Of a stretch of DNA of 64,000 bases, positions 29,929 to 39,286 are shown piece by piece. Position 1 is the first letter of the stretch, and the number at the start of each line of letters is the position of its first letter. The notes beneath the pieces are model-generated. The model did no database searches, was not told where the DNA came from, and saw only the letters and a program-made list of their open reading frames with translations. Origin of the DNA: Candidatus Poribacteria bacterium (GTDB taxonomy: Bacteria; Poribacteria; WGA-4E; WGA-3G); contig OZ240248.1 of the NCBI GenBank assembly GCA_965198235.1, forward strand, positions 3,200,001-3,264,000. The letters run 5' to 3'. The position numbers and the translations under genes were made by a program.

Positions 29929-30549
29929 TTACCACTCAACTCGCTCCAGTTCTTTTTTCAGTGCTTTTCGGGCTTCATGTAACCGGGATTTAACGCGTCC
30001 GAGTGTGCATCCCAGGATTTCAGATATTTCTTCATAAGGCAGATCTCGCAGTTCTCTTAGCACCAGGATCTCTCTATGGCTGTTCTTGAGCTTTGCGAGG
30101 GCGGCGTGAACGATTTCTTTTTCTTCAGTACGTAGTGCTTCTTCTTCAGGTGTTACTGTATCAAGGGGTACCCACGGTTGTGAGTCATCAATCTCTGTTG
30201 GGTCGGTTTTTCGGCGTTGATACTGATCGATGTGATTAAGACACTTATTTTTCACGATACGGTAGAGCCATGTGGAAAATCGGGAGCGAAATTGAAATTT
30301 CTCAATGTTTTCCCATGCGGAGAGGAAAGCATCTTGCGCGACATCTTCAGCATCTTGGTGATGACCGAGCATACCGTAAGCGATGTTATAAACCCAGTGT
30401 TGATATTGAATCACAAGGGTTCCCATTGCATCGGCATCGCCTTTTTGACAGCGCAAAACAATCTCACGTTCCTGTGTGAGATCTAATTCTTCTGTCTTGC
30501 TTATCGCCGAATAGGTTTCCATAGTAGCTGTAAGGGTTGCAACGGACAT
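29929..30549 (-). CDS. ECF (sigma-70 group 4) RNA polymerase sigma factor
   Basis: DAEDVAQDAF, FSTWLYRI, YEEISEILG..LG.VKSRLHEAR; start uncertain. Confidence 0.92.
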   Translation of the reverse strand: MSVATLTATMETYSAISKTEELDLTQEREIVLRCQKGDADAMGTLVIQYQHWVYNIAYGMLGHHQDAEDVAQDAFLSAWENIEKFQFRSRFSTWLYRIVKNKCLNHIDQYQRRKTDPTEIDDSQPWVPLDTVTPEEEALRTEEKEIVHAALAKLKNSHREILVLRELRDLPYEEISEILGCTLGRVKSRLHEARKALKKELERVEW

Positions 30550-30629
30550 ACTTCTTCTCCAAACTGCCGGGATAAAGAACATGCTTTTATTCAATTAGAC
30601 ATCTAAGAAAACAAAAGGTTCGTTTTGTT

Positions 30630-33083
30630 TTATTTCAGCACGTTTTTTTTACCCGGTGTGGTTTGGACCTGTTTGAGTTTGCCACTACCATTCGGCCATC
30701 TGCCGAGGGCAACATCCTTCTCCTGTTTATCAAACGTCACTGTATCAAGTACTTGGTTACCGCGTATATCGGTATCAACGAGCATCACGGTTTCGCCGTT
30801 ACGGGACAACTTGAAGTTCGCATGGAGTCCCACGTCGGCTTTACCGTCTTCATCTAACCACACAAGGAGATAGCCCTGTGCTGGAATTGTTGTATTCTCA
30901 GGAAATGCCCATTTTTTTAGATTGTTCATCTTATCTGTTAGATACATCCCGGAGAGATTCACTACGTTGCTGGTGAGGTTGTGCAGCTCAAGCCAGTCTT
31001 CGTGGTGCCCTTGCGGATCGGTAAGGCTTTTGGTATTGAACGCCATTAGTTCGTTAATAACGATTGGTGTATCTTTTGCAACGGAAACACCAATTCGGTA
31101 CTGTGCCGCGCCTTGCTCTGATCTTGCAGGTGAAAAGTCAGTTGTGCCGTGTGTCTTGACCGCGTTCGCCTCTACATAATAGTAAACTGTGGTGTCTGCG
31201 GGAAAACCGGGGATGTGTCCAACATAACTATCCCTTTCTTTTGTCATCGTCACCTGATTGAAAACGATGGACCGATCGGTACTATAATGCAACAAAACCG
31301 AATCAACGGCAATTGATTTGTCGAGTGTTGCTTTAACCGAGACAGATTGATTCGCTACCGGAGGCGTTTCAGATCCGACTTCAACCGAAACAATCTTTGG
31401 CACCGGTCTGCTAAGTTCCGGGTGATTGCTCAGATGCTCGCGTCTTTCGATAACAAAACGCTTGAGATCCATGGGCGTGTCAGTTGCAAAGTCTGCATAT
31501 CCATAAAGTTTCTTATCGTCTTGCTGAACTTCGGCATCAATAAGCGTTTGATATTCCTTAATAATCGGTTCAAACACTTCCCAATCGAGCCATTCATCCA
31601 CGACGGTTCGGACGTGTGCGAGATACCGTGCCCGCCACTGCGGGTTTGAGAGCAACCGCTTAATAAGTGGACGGAAAGCATTGTCTTCATGGGCGATAGG
31701 AGATACCATTCCATTCGTTAAGTCTCCCCATGACCAACCACCGGGACCTCCACCACCAGGACCCCCTCGCCCTGATCGACCAAATCTGAAACTTTCATTG
31801 TTGTCGTGGGGTATGAGGTGGAATCTGCCGTTGACATCTTGATAGAGGGCGTAGTCACCGCCTTTGTGGATGTAGCCGTCGTCATCCATAAAGACGTTTG
31901 AAACGGCGAGTTGCCACAGTACTTGATCGATATTAAGAACGGGTGGGAGATTTTCCACGAGTTCCGTATCAGGTGTGGAATCATCAAGCATTTTAGTGAG
32001 CGCAATAAGACCTTCCCAAGGATTTTCGACATTGTTGGTTTTGAGTTGATACGTTTCTTGATATGATGCTGGATCGTCTCCAGCATGAGTCAGGGCGCCA
32101 CCTCTACCGGGACCTATCTTCCAGCGTACACCCCCTTTCGTGCCGAACCACTCGGCGAGAAAGTCCTTGTTATATTGTTGGAGATTGATATAGATCCCCC
32201 AATTTTCACCGTTGATAACCAATTTCACAAGATTGGTTTTCATCGCAGGGATATAGTCACGGGAGATTCGATTGTAGATCACCTCACGGAGGAAAGAGGC
32301 ATCGACGTGCCCGTTGAGTAGATTGAGCGTTTTGTAGCCGTAGAGGCGTTGTCCATCTTCACCATAGTCAACAGCAATATTGAAGGATTTTTTCTCCGAT
32401 CCGACTGTAAAGTAGGAGGAGGTGCCTCGAAAATGGACACCAACTTCTGGGTAGACCTTGCCATCAACAATCAGTGCTGCCGGAACTTCAATGTCCGTGC
32501 GATAAAACGAGCTCATCTGCTCGTACCAATCTTCATGGTGGAATCGGAGGTGAAGCGTACGGAGTGTTTGTGCGTCGTAGAGTGAGGGTGAGCCTTCTGG
32601 CACCGTATTGAGGCTTGCTTGCACATCGCTCTGAACGTCTTCGTGCAACCTTTCTTCGCTCATGAGAGACGAACTTCCACCACCGCGCGTGTTCAGTGCC
32701 GCTTGCCGCTCGGCACGGGTTAATTTTCCATCCTTGTCTGTATCGAACTGTTTGAGCAGTTTTTCTGGGGGTTGAGGTCCTCTCCTACCACCGCCAAAAC
32801 CGGGCATCCCACCGGGTCCTCCAAAGCCTACGTTAGGACCTTGATTATTCTGCATTCGCTTAATCTCTGCAGTGGTTAGTTTATTGCCTGTGAGTGCTTC
32901 TATGCTCGTAACCCGGAGCATCAGATCATCCTCTTCATTGCTCAGTTTGCCATCTCCATTGAGGTCGAACCGCTTCTGGTCATCTGAGAGTTTGGGGGAT
33001 TCTTGATTGTCTTGAGCGTTGGCGTGTATTGTCCAACCGATAATTATTAGCACAATGAGTGTTATTGATTTAATTTGTTTCAT
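30630..33083 (-). CDS. CotH kinase family protein with EF-hand-like motifs and C-terminal lamin-tail domain
   Basis: Signal peptide; FDLNGDGKLS and FDTDKDGKLT; VGVHFRG.SS, K.SFNI, FLRE, LIPHDNNESF; IVINELMA.N...DWLEL.N. Confidence 0.85.
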   Translation of the reverse strand: MKQIKSITLIVLIIIGWTIHANAQDNQESPKLSDDQKRFDLNGDGKLSNEEDDLMLRVTSIEALTGNKLTTAEIKRMQNNQGPNVGFGGPGGMPGFGGGRRGPQPPEKLLKQFDTDKDGKLTRAERQAALNTRGGGSSSLMSEERLHEDVQSDVQASLNTVPEGSPSLYDAQTLRTLHLRFHHEDWYEQMSSFYRTDIEVPAALIVDGKVYPEVGVHFRGTSSYFTVGSEKKSFNIAVDYGEDGQRLYGYKTLNLLNGHVDASFLREVIYNRISRDYIPAMKTNLVKLVINGENWGIYINLQQYNKDFLAEWFGTKGGVRWKIGPGRGGALTHAGDDPASYQETYQLKTNNVENPWEGLIALTKMLDDSTPDTELVENLPPVLNIDQVLWQLAVSNVFMDDDGYIHKGGDYALYQDVNGRFHLIPHDNNESFRFGRSGRGGPGGGGPGGWSWGDLTNGMVSPIAHEDNAFRPLIKRLLSNPQWRARYLAHVRTVVDEWLDWEVFEPIIKEYQTLIDAEVQQDDKKLYGYADFATDTPMDLKRFVIERREHLSNHPELSRPVPKIVSVEVGSETPPVANQSVSVKATLDKSIAVDSVLLHYSTDRSIVFNQVTMTKERDSYVGHIPGFPADTTVYYYVEANAVKTHGTTDFSPARSEQGAAQYRIGVSVAKDTPIVINELMAFNTKSLTDPQGHHEDWLELHNLTSNVVNLSGMYLTDKMNNLKKWAFPENTTIPAQGYLLVWLDEDGKADVGLHANFKLSRNGETVMLVDTDIRGNQVLDTVTFDKQEKDVALGRWPNGSGKLKQVQTTPGKKNVLK

Positions 33084-33151
33084 CGTATTCTCCTTTTCAG
33101 TTTTAGATTCGGACAGCATAGAAAGGTTCGGGGTTTCTCCGCTTTCTATGT

Positions 33152-33811
33152 TCATTCTTTATCCATTTTAACCTCTGTGACGTTTTCAGTCCGTGAAAGT
33201 TCGTTAAAGAAAGCAAGCCATTCCTGCGGATTCGCCAATCTAACCCGATATGTCAATTCAATCTGCTGTGATTTTTTGATGCGTTGTTCGAGTAGATGTT
33301 CATAAATTAGGTGCTTATCGAAAACGGGACGATAGGCGGTCTCGGAGTCTTGGTCGGGTGGTAGGCAGAATTCGAGACTAAATTCATTATTGTTACCAAA
33401 GCGTTGATGCCAATGGTATAGGCAGAGGATAATGATACCAATGAGGAAGGTCGCCAGAATTGCGACAGATGGATTTCCAGCACCGACCGCCATCCCAACA
33501 GCTAACGCGTAAAAAACGAAACCGATATCGCGTGGATCTTGGATAGCAGTTCGGAATCGGATAATAGACAATGCACCTACAAGGCTAAACGCCCTTGCGA
33601 TGCTATCACCGATAATCACCATCACTATAGAAATCAACATACATAGGATGATGAGTGTGTCGGTAAACGATTTTTGTGGGACTTTGGCGTGGGTCCACAA
33701 GTAGATGTTAACAATGAAAACGCCGAGCACAAATGAGAGTAACACTCTGAGGGCATCAGCACCAAGCGTTACAAATGGAGGCAGCGTTAAAAAATCAAAG
33801 AATATATGCAT
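33152..33811 (-). CDS. DUF4956 membrane protein
   Basis: SIARAFSLVGALSIIRFRTAIQDPRD signature. Confidence 0.88.
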   Translation of the reverse strand: MHIFFDFLTLPPFVTLGADALRVLLSFVLGVFIVNIYLWTHAKVPQKSFTDTLIILCMLISIVMVIIGDSIARAFSLVGALSIIRFRTAIQDPRDIGFVFYALAVGMAVGAGNPSVAILATFLIGIIILCLYHWHQRFGNNNEFSLEFCLPPDQDSETAYRPVFDKHLIYEHLLEQRIKKSQQIELTYRVRLANPQEWLAFFNELSRTENVTEVKMDKE

Positions 33812-33968
33812 TCCAGTTTGCCAATTAGCCAATTAGAAGGTTGTGTTATAGTCTACCACAATTAGACAGACATGTATGGAAATTGTTGAAAAATTTTGTC
33901 AACAAAGCGGCTTAAAGCAATTTACCGTGATTCCTTCGATTTGTGCGTGAGGAAATTTTCGACAACCC

Positions 33969-34400
33969 CTATTCAGTTGATGTGCTCGATTCTGTGCCGT
34001 AAAGAACTATCCGATCGATCATACCTAATGACGATGACAACACGACACGGATGGCATCTGTGGAGAGCGGAGCCCGAATGATATAGGGTGATGTCCTAAT
34101 TGGCGTTTTGATTGCCTTGACGATTCGCCAATTATCTTCTCCCATCCGAGCATAGACAGTCATGTTCCGCAGCGGTTCAATCGGATCAAAGTGGATTTCG
34201 ATTCGACTGATAGAACGTCTTTCCGGGAGTATCCACTTCTGAATTGCACTTGTACCACTCTCGGACAGTTCATAAGTCTGCGTCATACCACCATCGACGC
34301 GAACTGTGTTCTGGGCAGCGATCGAAAGGCAACCGAGCATCACGAACGGGAGTAGGACAAATACGAAAGTACTGTGGATAGAATTATTGAGACGGGTCAT
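33969..34400 (-). CDS. Hypothetical exported protein
   Basis: AGGAG RBS, signal peptide, follows the iron permease on the same strand. Confidence 0.6.
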   Translation of the reverse strand: MTRLNNSIHSTFVFVLLPFVMLGCLSIAAQNTVRVDGGMTQTYELSESGTSAIQKWILPERRSISRIEIHFDPIEPLRNMTVYARMGEDNWRIVKAIKTPIRTSPYIIRAPLSTDAIRVVLSSSLGMIDRIVLYGTESSTSTE

Positions 34401-34436
34401 AGCTTATTTCTCCTATTGTTTTAGTAATGTTTGTAC

Positions 34437-36008
34437 CTATTCTCGTGCTTGCTCTTCATGGCGAATCAGGACACCAACGAATATCCCTGAAAAAGCCAGA
34501 ATTGCAAGTGCATAAGGTGCGGCTTCAGCGAACATCGCTTCTGATGTGTAACTCCAGACGTTGAGCGCGAGTGTTTCATATCCAGCCGGCGATAAAAGAA
34601 AGGTAAGCGGTAATTCTTTCATTGTTGCGAGGAAAACCAGTGCTGTGGCAGTCAGCATCCCACGCGTGAGAATTGGGAGAAGTGCCCTGAAAAATGCTTG
34701 TATCCGTGAATACCCCAGCGAGCGAGCGGCTTCTTCTAAATTTGGTGAGGCTTGGTAGAGCGAACTCCGCACCGGTCCGATGGCTTCTGCGAGGAAATGT
34801 AGGGTACACGCGTAGATTAACACGGGTAACGTTTTGTAGATAAAAGACACGGTGTTTAAGACGAAAAAGATGAGTGACAGTGCAAAGGCGAGTGGCGGTA
34901 TAGCGTAAACGATATAGGCGACACGCCCTAACATGTTTGACAGGCGTGATGGGTGTCGAACGCCTACATAGGCGAACGGGACCGCCAGAAACGCACACAG
35001 AATTCCCGCGGGTATTGCAATCAACAGTGAACCGATGAGTGCATTCGCAAGCCCTTCCAGCACGGCAGCATCGAACCCTCTGAACATCCAGAGGAGTACA
35101 GCACCAGCAGGGATAACTACAGTCGCGAATGAGAGTACACTGAGGTACAAATAAGCGGGGGCTCGCCACGTACCGAGTGCGATCTGCGATAGTTGACGGG
35201 AAACCCCACTTCCCGCTCGATGGAGTGCTACCCGATTTAGCAATTTTGCCTCAAGATAGAGCAAGCATCCGGTAAAGACCAGAAGCATGAGCGCAAGCCA
35301 CGCTGCATAGATGTGCTCGAAAGAGAGCATGTATTCTATGTACAGTGCGTAACTAAAGGTCTCATAACGCATCAATGACACAACGCCGAAGTCACCGAGG
35401 ACATGTAGGCTAATGAGTAAACCGCTTGCATAAAAGGCAGGACGCAGCTGCGGAAGGATGATATGGAAAAAAGTTTCGCGATATCGGTAACCGAGACTTC
35501 GAGCGGATTCCTCAAGGCTTGGGTCGAGTCCTAACAGTGCGGTACGCAGATTCAAAAAGAGATAAGGGCTCGTGTAAGCACTTAGAGCGAGAAGTGCCCC
35601 CCAGTAACCACTGAGGCGCGGGATACTTTTTCCGAAAAACTGGGCGACGATACCGGTATTTCCGCCGAGCGCCAGCAACGCGTATGCCATCACATAGCCT
35701 GGAATAGCAAGTGGTAAAGCGCAAAGCACCGTAAAGAAACGTTTCCCCTTCAGGTTCACTCTGGTTGTTAACCATGCTGCGGGGGTTGCCAAAAGAAGAT
35801 CTAACGCGAGAACACCAGCGGTCAGCAGGAGTGTGTTAAAGAAAAGCCTCGCGTTTCGCCAGCGGAAGACAATCTGCGCAAGCGCAGTGCCTTCCGCAGA
35901 AAACGCTTTGACGAGTAGGTAAACCAACGGGATCAGCCCGCCAGCACCGACCACAACTGCCGGTATAAGGAGATAGTAGTTTACACTTACTATTTTTGGC
36001 TTTGACAT
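34437..36008 (-). CDS. fbpB: Fe(III) ABC transporter permease (FbpB/FutB-like)
   Basis: Two EAA loops (LEESARSLG, LEEAARSLG), PLAIPGYV, MKELP. Confidence 0.88.
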   Translation of the reverse strand: MSKPKIVSVNYYLLIPAVVVGAGGLIPLVYLLVKAFSAEGTALAQIVFRWRNARLFFNTLLLTAGVLALDLLLATPAAWLTTRVNLKGKRFFTVLCALPLAIPGYVMAYALLALGGNTGIVAQFFGKSIPRLSGYWGALLALSAYTSPYLFLNLRTALLGLDPSLEESARSLGYRYRETFFHIILPQLRPAFYASGLLISLHVLGDFGVVSLMRYETFSYALYIEYMLSFEHIYAAWLALMLLVFTGCLLYLEAKLLNRVALHRAGSGVSRQLSQIALGTWRAPAYLYLSVLSFATVVIPAGAVLLWMFRGFDAAVLEGLANALIGSLLIAIPAGILCAFLAVPFAYVGVRHPSRLSNMLGRVAYIVYAIPPLAFALSLIFFVLNTVSFIYKTLPVLIYACTLHFLAEAIGPVRSSLYQASPNLEEAARSLGYSRIQAFFRALLPILTRGMLTATALVFLATMKELPLTFLLSPAGYETLALNVWSYTSEAMFAEAAPYALAILAFSGIFVGVLIRHEEQARE

Positions 36009-36049
36009 TCAATTCCAGTTACCTCAACTACCGACTGGGGTTGCTGTGT

Positions 36050-37060
36050 CTATAGAATCTCAACATCTCTCAACAGTTTAACTGTACCGTCGAGATCGTC
36101 CATATCATTGAGATTGAATGTCGGTGCCAATTGAAGCAGTTCAGAGAGGGGCAGCAGGTTCGCATGCGGAGTTACGCCGTCAATGGCGGGGTATTCAAAA
36201 ACATCGCTGGTGAAGTATTGCTGCGCTTTAGAGGATAGCAGAAATTCCACAAATTTCAGTGCGGCATCTTTATTTTTCCTGCTTTTCAATAATCCGATAC
36301 CAGCAACATTGACGAGGTTGCCCGGATCAGTCGCCTTAAAAAAGATTTGTTCTACAGGAAAACCGGAGTCCTTGCTTTTAAAGCGAAGGAGATAATAGTG
36401 ATTCGGCAAACCGAGATCGATTTCTCCTGCAGCGAGTGCCTCTATGATGGGGGTATTCTTCGCATATTTTTTCACATCATTTGCTTTCATGCCGCGGAGC
36501 CATTCTTCTGTTCGTTCTTCACCTACCTGCACACGCAGGGAAGTCACAAACGCCTGAAAGGACGCATTTGTTGGTGCCCAACCGATTCTGCCTTTCCACA
36601 TCGGTTGTGTTAAATCGAAGATGCTTTGGGGGAGTTCTTCCATCTTAACGCGTTCTGGAGAGTATGCGAGTACACGTGCTCTACCGCTTGTTGCTACCCA
36701 GAAGCCTTCGGCATCACGAAATCCTGAAGGGACCTGTGTGAGTATGGATTCTGGCAATTTTTCAAACATCGTTTTTTTGCTAACGGCACCAAGGGCACCA
36801 GCGTCTTGTGCCCAAAAGAGGGCGGCAGGGCTTTTGTCGCCTTCTGTTAGGAGTGCAGCGGCGAGCTGTGTCGTCCCGCCGTAACTCACTTCCACTTGGA
36901 TACCACTCTTCTCTTCAAATTTCTTAATAATCGGTTCAACGAGGCTCTTACTTCGTCCGGAATAGATGGTCAACGTTTCAGCGTGAACCGTCCCGATGAG
37001 GGTGAATAAGAGCAAAATAAGCGCGTAATAACTGAACAAACTGGATCGGTTGTTAAACAT
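36050..37060 (-). CDS. fbpA: Fe(III) ABC transporter substrate-binding protein (FbpA/FutA-like)
   Basis: LTIYSGR, EGDKSPA, SGRARV, NHYY (Tyr ligands), FEYP. Confidence 0.88.
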   Translation of the reverse strand: MFNNRSSLFSYYALILLLFTLIGTVHAETLTIYSGRSKSLVEPIIKKFEEKSGIQVEVSYGGTTQLAAALLTEGDKSPAALFWAQDAGALGAVSKKTMFEKLPESILTQVPSGFRDAEGFWVATSGRARVLAYSPERVKMEELPQSIFDLTQPMWKGRIGWAPTNASFQAFVTSLRVQVGEERTEEWLRGMKANDVKKYAKNTPIIEALAAGEIDLGLPNHYYLLRFKSKDSGFPVEQIFFKATDPGNLVNVAGIGLLKSRKNKDAALKFVEFLLSSKAQQYFTSDVFEYPAIDGVTPHANLLPLSELLQLAPTFNLNDMDDLDGTVKLLRDVEIL

Positions 37061-37176
37061 TATGTCTCCTTTGGTAATTAACGGACTGTACATCCGAATG
37101 AAATCTGATATGAATTTAGTCAGATTTCAGTGCGAAAGGTTCAAAGTTTCTGAATAAACGCTCGATATGCGTTTTG

Positions 37177-38178
37177 TCAATTCTTAGGCACCACCCGCCA
37201 GCGTGTGTTCATGCCTGCCGTAATATGATCAGCAACATGGCAGTGATAGAGCCAATTGCCGGGAGTTTTTGCTGTCATATCTACCGTAACCATAGAGCCG
37301 GGAAGTAAATCTACCACGTCAGTGCGTTTTCCTGCGTTTAGCACCGTCTGACCGTGCCAGTGTGCGGTGTGCATATCGACTTCAGTGCCTAACCCGATGA
37401 GATACCAGCGTACTCGGTCGTCTTGTTCAACTTCCAACCCTTGTAAATTGCCAAAGATATAGCCGTTAATAGCATGTTTAAGATTACCCTCTTCAGCCTC
37501 CTCAGGAGAGTCATAGTCCGCGCTTTGTCCGCTTTTGACGATTTTGCGGTCATTTTCATTGAAGACGAGAAACAGCGTAGTGAAGGCTTTGTCAACATCT
37601 TTGGGACGTGGATCGTTCGCAGCACGTTCCATCCCTTTTTTCGTGACGACAACGGTTCCAATCAAACCGTCGTAGATCTCGGTAACGGCATCGACGTGTG
37701 AGTGGTAAAGCCAGATGATAGACGATGGATCGTTTGGACCAGGGGCGGCATCACTATCTGCTTCCCAGTGATAGGTAAATTTACCGCCTGGTGGCACAGC
37801 GGCACCGGATCCTTTCATATCGGCACCTTCGTTTGCTTCATCGTATTGTAATCCGTGCACATGGATGCTGAGGGGTTTGTCGGCGCGATTGAGAAAATGG
37901 ACCCGGACGCTATCGCCTTCAACAGCGTGCAGTTGCGGTCCAAGAATACCCATCCACGCGGGTTGTTCAACTTGTGTCGTGTAGGTATCATCGGTGTATT
38001 GGATGTAGCGATATTTTTCGTACATGAGTGCTTTACCCCAAACGTCCAACCCCATCGCTGGTCTGATGAGGTTTTGTCCACTGGGTGCGTAGTTCCATTC
38101 GACTTTCTCAGCCGCGATCCAATACTCCCGTGTTACGGCTTCAGCGGAGCCGATACAGAGGTAAAGTAGGACACTCAT
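37177..38178 (-). CDS. Two-domain multicopper oxidase, ceruloplasmin/hephaestin-like (putative ferroxidase)
   Basis: REYWIAAE..EWNYAP, SIHVHG, WLYHSH, MHTAHWHG, WLYHCHVADHITAGM; start uncertain (ORF open to 38316). Confidence 0.85.
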   Translation of the reverse strand: MSVLLYLCIGSAEAVTREYWIAAEKVEWNYAPSGQNLIRPAMGLDVWGKALMYEKYRYIQYTDDTYTTQVEQPAWMGILGPQLHAVEGDSVRVHFLNRADKPLSIHVHGLQYDEANEGADMKGSGAAVPPGGKFTYHWEADSDAAPGPNDPSSIIWLYHSHVDAVTEIYDGLIGTVVVTKKGMERAANDPRPKDVDKAFTTLFLVFNENDRKIVKSGQSADYDSPEEAEEGNLKHAINGYIFGNLQGLEVEQDDRVRWYLIGLGTEVDMHTAHWHGQTVLNAGKRTDVVDLLPGSMVTVDMTAKTPGNWLYHCHVADHITAGMNTRWRVVPKN

Positions 38179-38268
38179 GAGTGTAAGAAATGTATAAGAC
38201 GTGGTTTGTAGGTTTCCCGGATTGAGTAGGGAACGCAGTTGGAAGGTATTCGTTAATTTCAATCTCGT

Positions 38269-38287
38269 GATATTGAGACTCATTTTC
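38269..38287. promoter_or_regulatory. Fur box
   Basis: GATATTGAGACTCATTTTC matches 15/19 of GATAATGATAATCATTATC, upstream of iron-uptake genes. Confidence 0.75.
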
Positions 38288-38352
38288 AGAAACCGACTTT
38301 TTAAAGCGGACTCCATTAGATACTGAACCTCGCTGGGTTAAATTTGCATTGA

Positions 38353-38381
38353 ATTATATCACAAAAAGTGGGACGTGTCAA
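38353..38381 (-). promoter_or_regulatory. Consensus sigma70 promoter of the iron cluster
   Basis: TTGACA-17bp-TATAAT, perfect, on the minus strand. Confidence 0.8.
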
Positions 38382-38431
38382 GAAAATCTTAAGTTTTACT
38401 GCATGTCTGTCCATGCCGGCATCGTTTAACC

Positions 38432-39286
38432 TCAATCTATTTGCGGGTCGAGGGCATCTCGGAGGGCGTCACCGAGGAGGTTGAACCCCAAGACGATGAG
38501 AAAGATGGCGATGCCGGGAGCGGTAACAGCCAAGGGGGCGCGGCGGATAAATTTTCGGTTTTCATTGAGCATTGCGCCCCATTCGGGTTCGCCAATCTCA
38601 GCACCGAGTCCGAGGAAACTCAGTCCGGCGGCATCTAAAATGGCGGCACCGATACCTAAAGTCGCTTGGACGATCAACGGCGCGATACAGTTCGGGAGAA
38701 CGGTGGTCAGAAGAATGCGACTGTTGCTCGCACCGATGACCTTCGCGGCGACGACATAATCTAACTCACGGACTTTCAGGACAGCGGCACGCAAGATTCG
38801 GGCGTATTGCGGGATATAGACGATGGAGACAGCAATAATTGCATTCGTAAGGCTCTGCCCCAAAATGGTGACAATGACCATTGCGAGAAGGATGCTCGGC
38901 ATGGCAAGCATCATATCCATCACGCGCATAATTAGATTGTCGAGCCTTCCACCGTAATAACCGGCGATTGCACCGAAGAGAGTACCGAATCCTATGGAAA
39001 ATGACATCGCGATCAGTCCGACCTTCAGAGATATACGCGTTCCATAGACAATCCGGCTGAAAATATCACGTCCAACGCCATCCGTGCCGAGGTAGTGTGT
39101 GCCGGACGAGTCTTTGAGGCGTTCAACGACGTTGGCATGCCTCGGATCATGTGTTGCGATAAGCGGCGCGAAAATGGCGATGATAATGAAGAACAGTATG
39201 ATAGATGCCCCAATGGTGGCAGAACGGTGTCTTAAGAGTTTCCGAAGGACGTATTGTTGAGTAGTGAGGGTTGTTGCGTTGCTCAT
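38432..39286 (-). CDS. dppC: Peptide/nickel ABC permease (DppC/OppC)
   Basis: LGTD..GRDIFSR, GLSFLGLG, PEWGAML, GDALRDALDP. Confidence 0.9.
   Translation of the reverse strand: MSNATTLTTQQYVLRKLLRHRSATIGASIILFFIIIAIFAPLIATHDPRHANVVERLKDSSGTHYLGTDGVGRDIFSRIVYGTRISLKVGLIAMSFSIGFGTLFGAIAGYYGGRLDNLIMRVMDMMLAMPSILLAMVIVTILGQSLTNAIIAVSIVYIPQYARILRAAVLKVRELDYVVAAKVIGASNSRILLTTVLPNCIAPLIVQATLGIGAAILDAAGLSFLGLGAEIGEPEWGAMLNENRKFIRRAPLAVTAPGIAIFLIVLGFNLLGDALRDALDPQID

Noticed and set aside
31300-31309. GAATCAACGG matching the start of the 35-nt micro-element
   Set aside because: Only 10 nt, no hairpin follows, and it lies inside the CotH coding sequence; treated as chance
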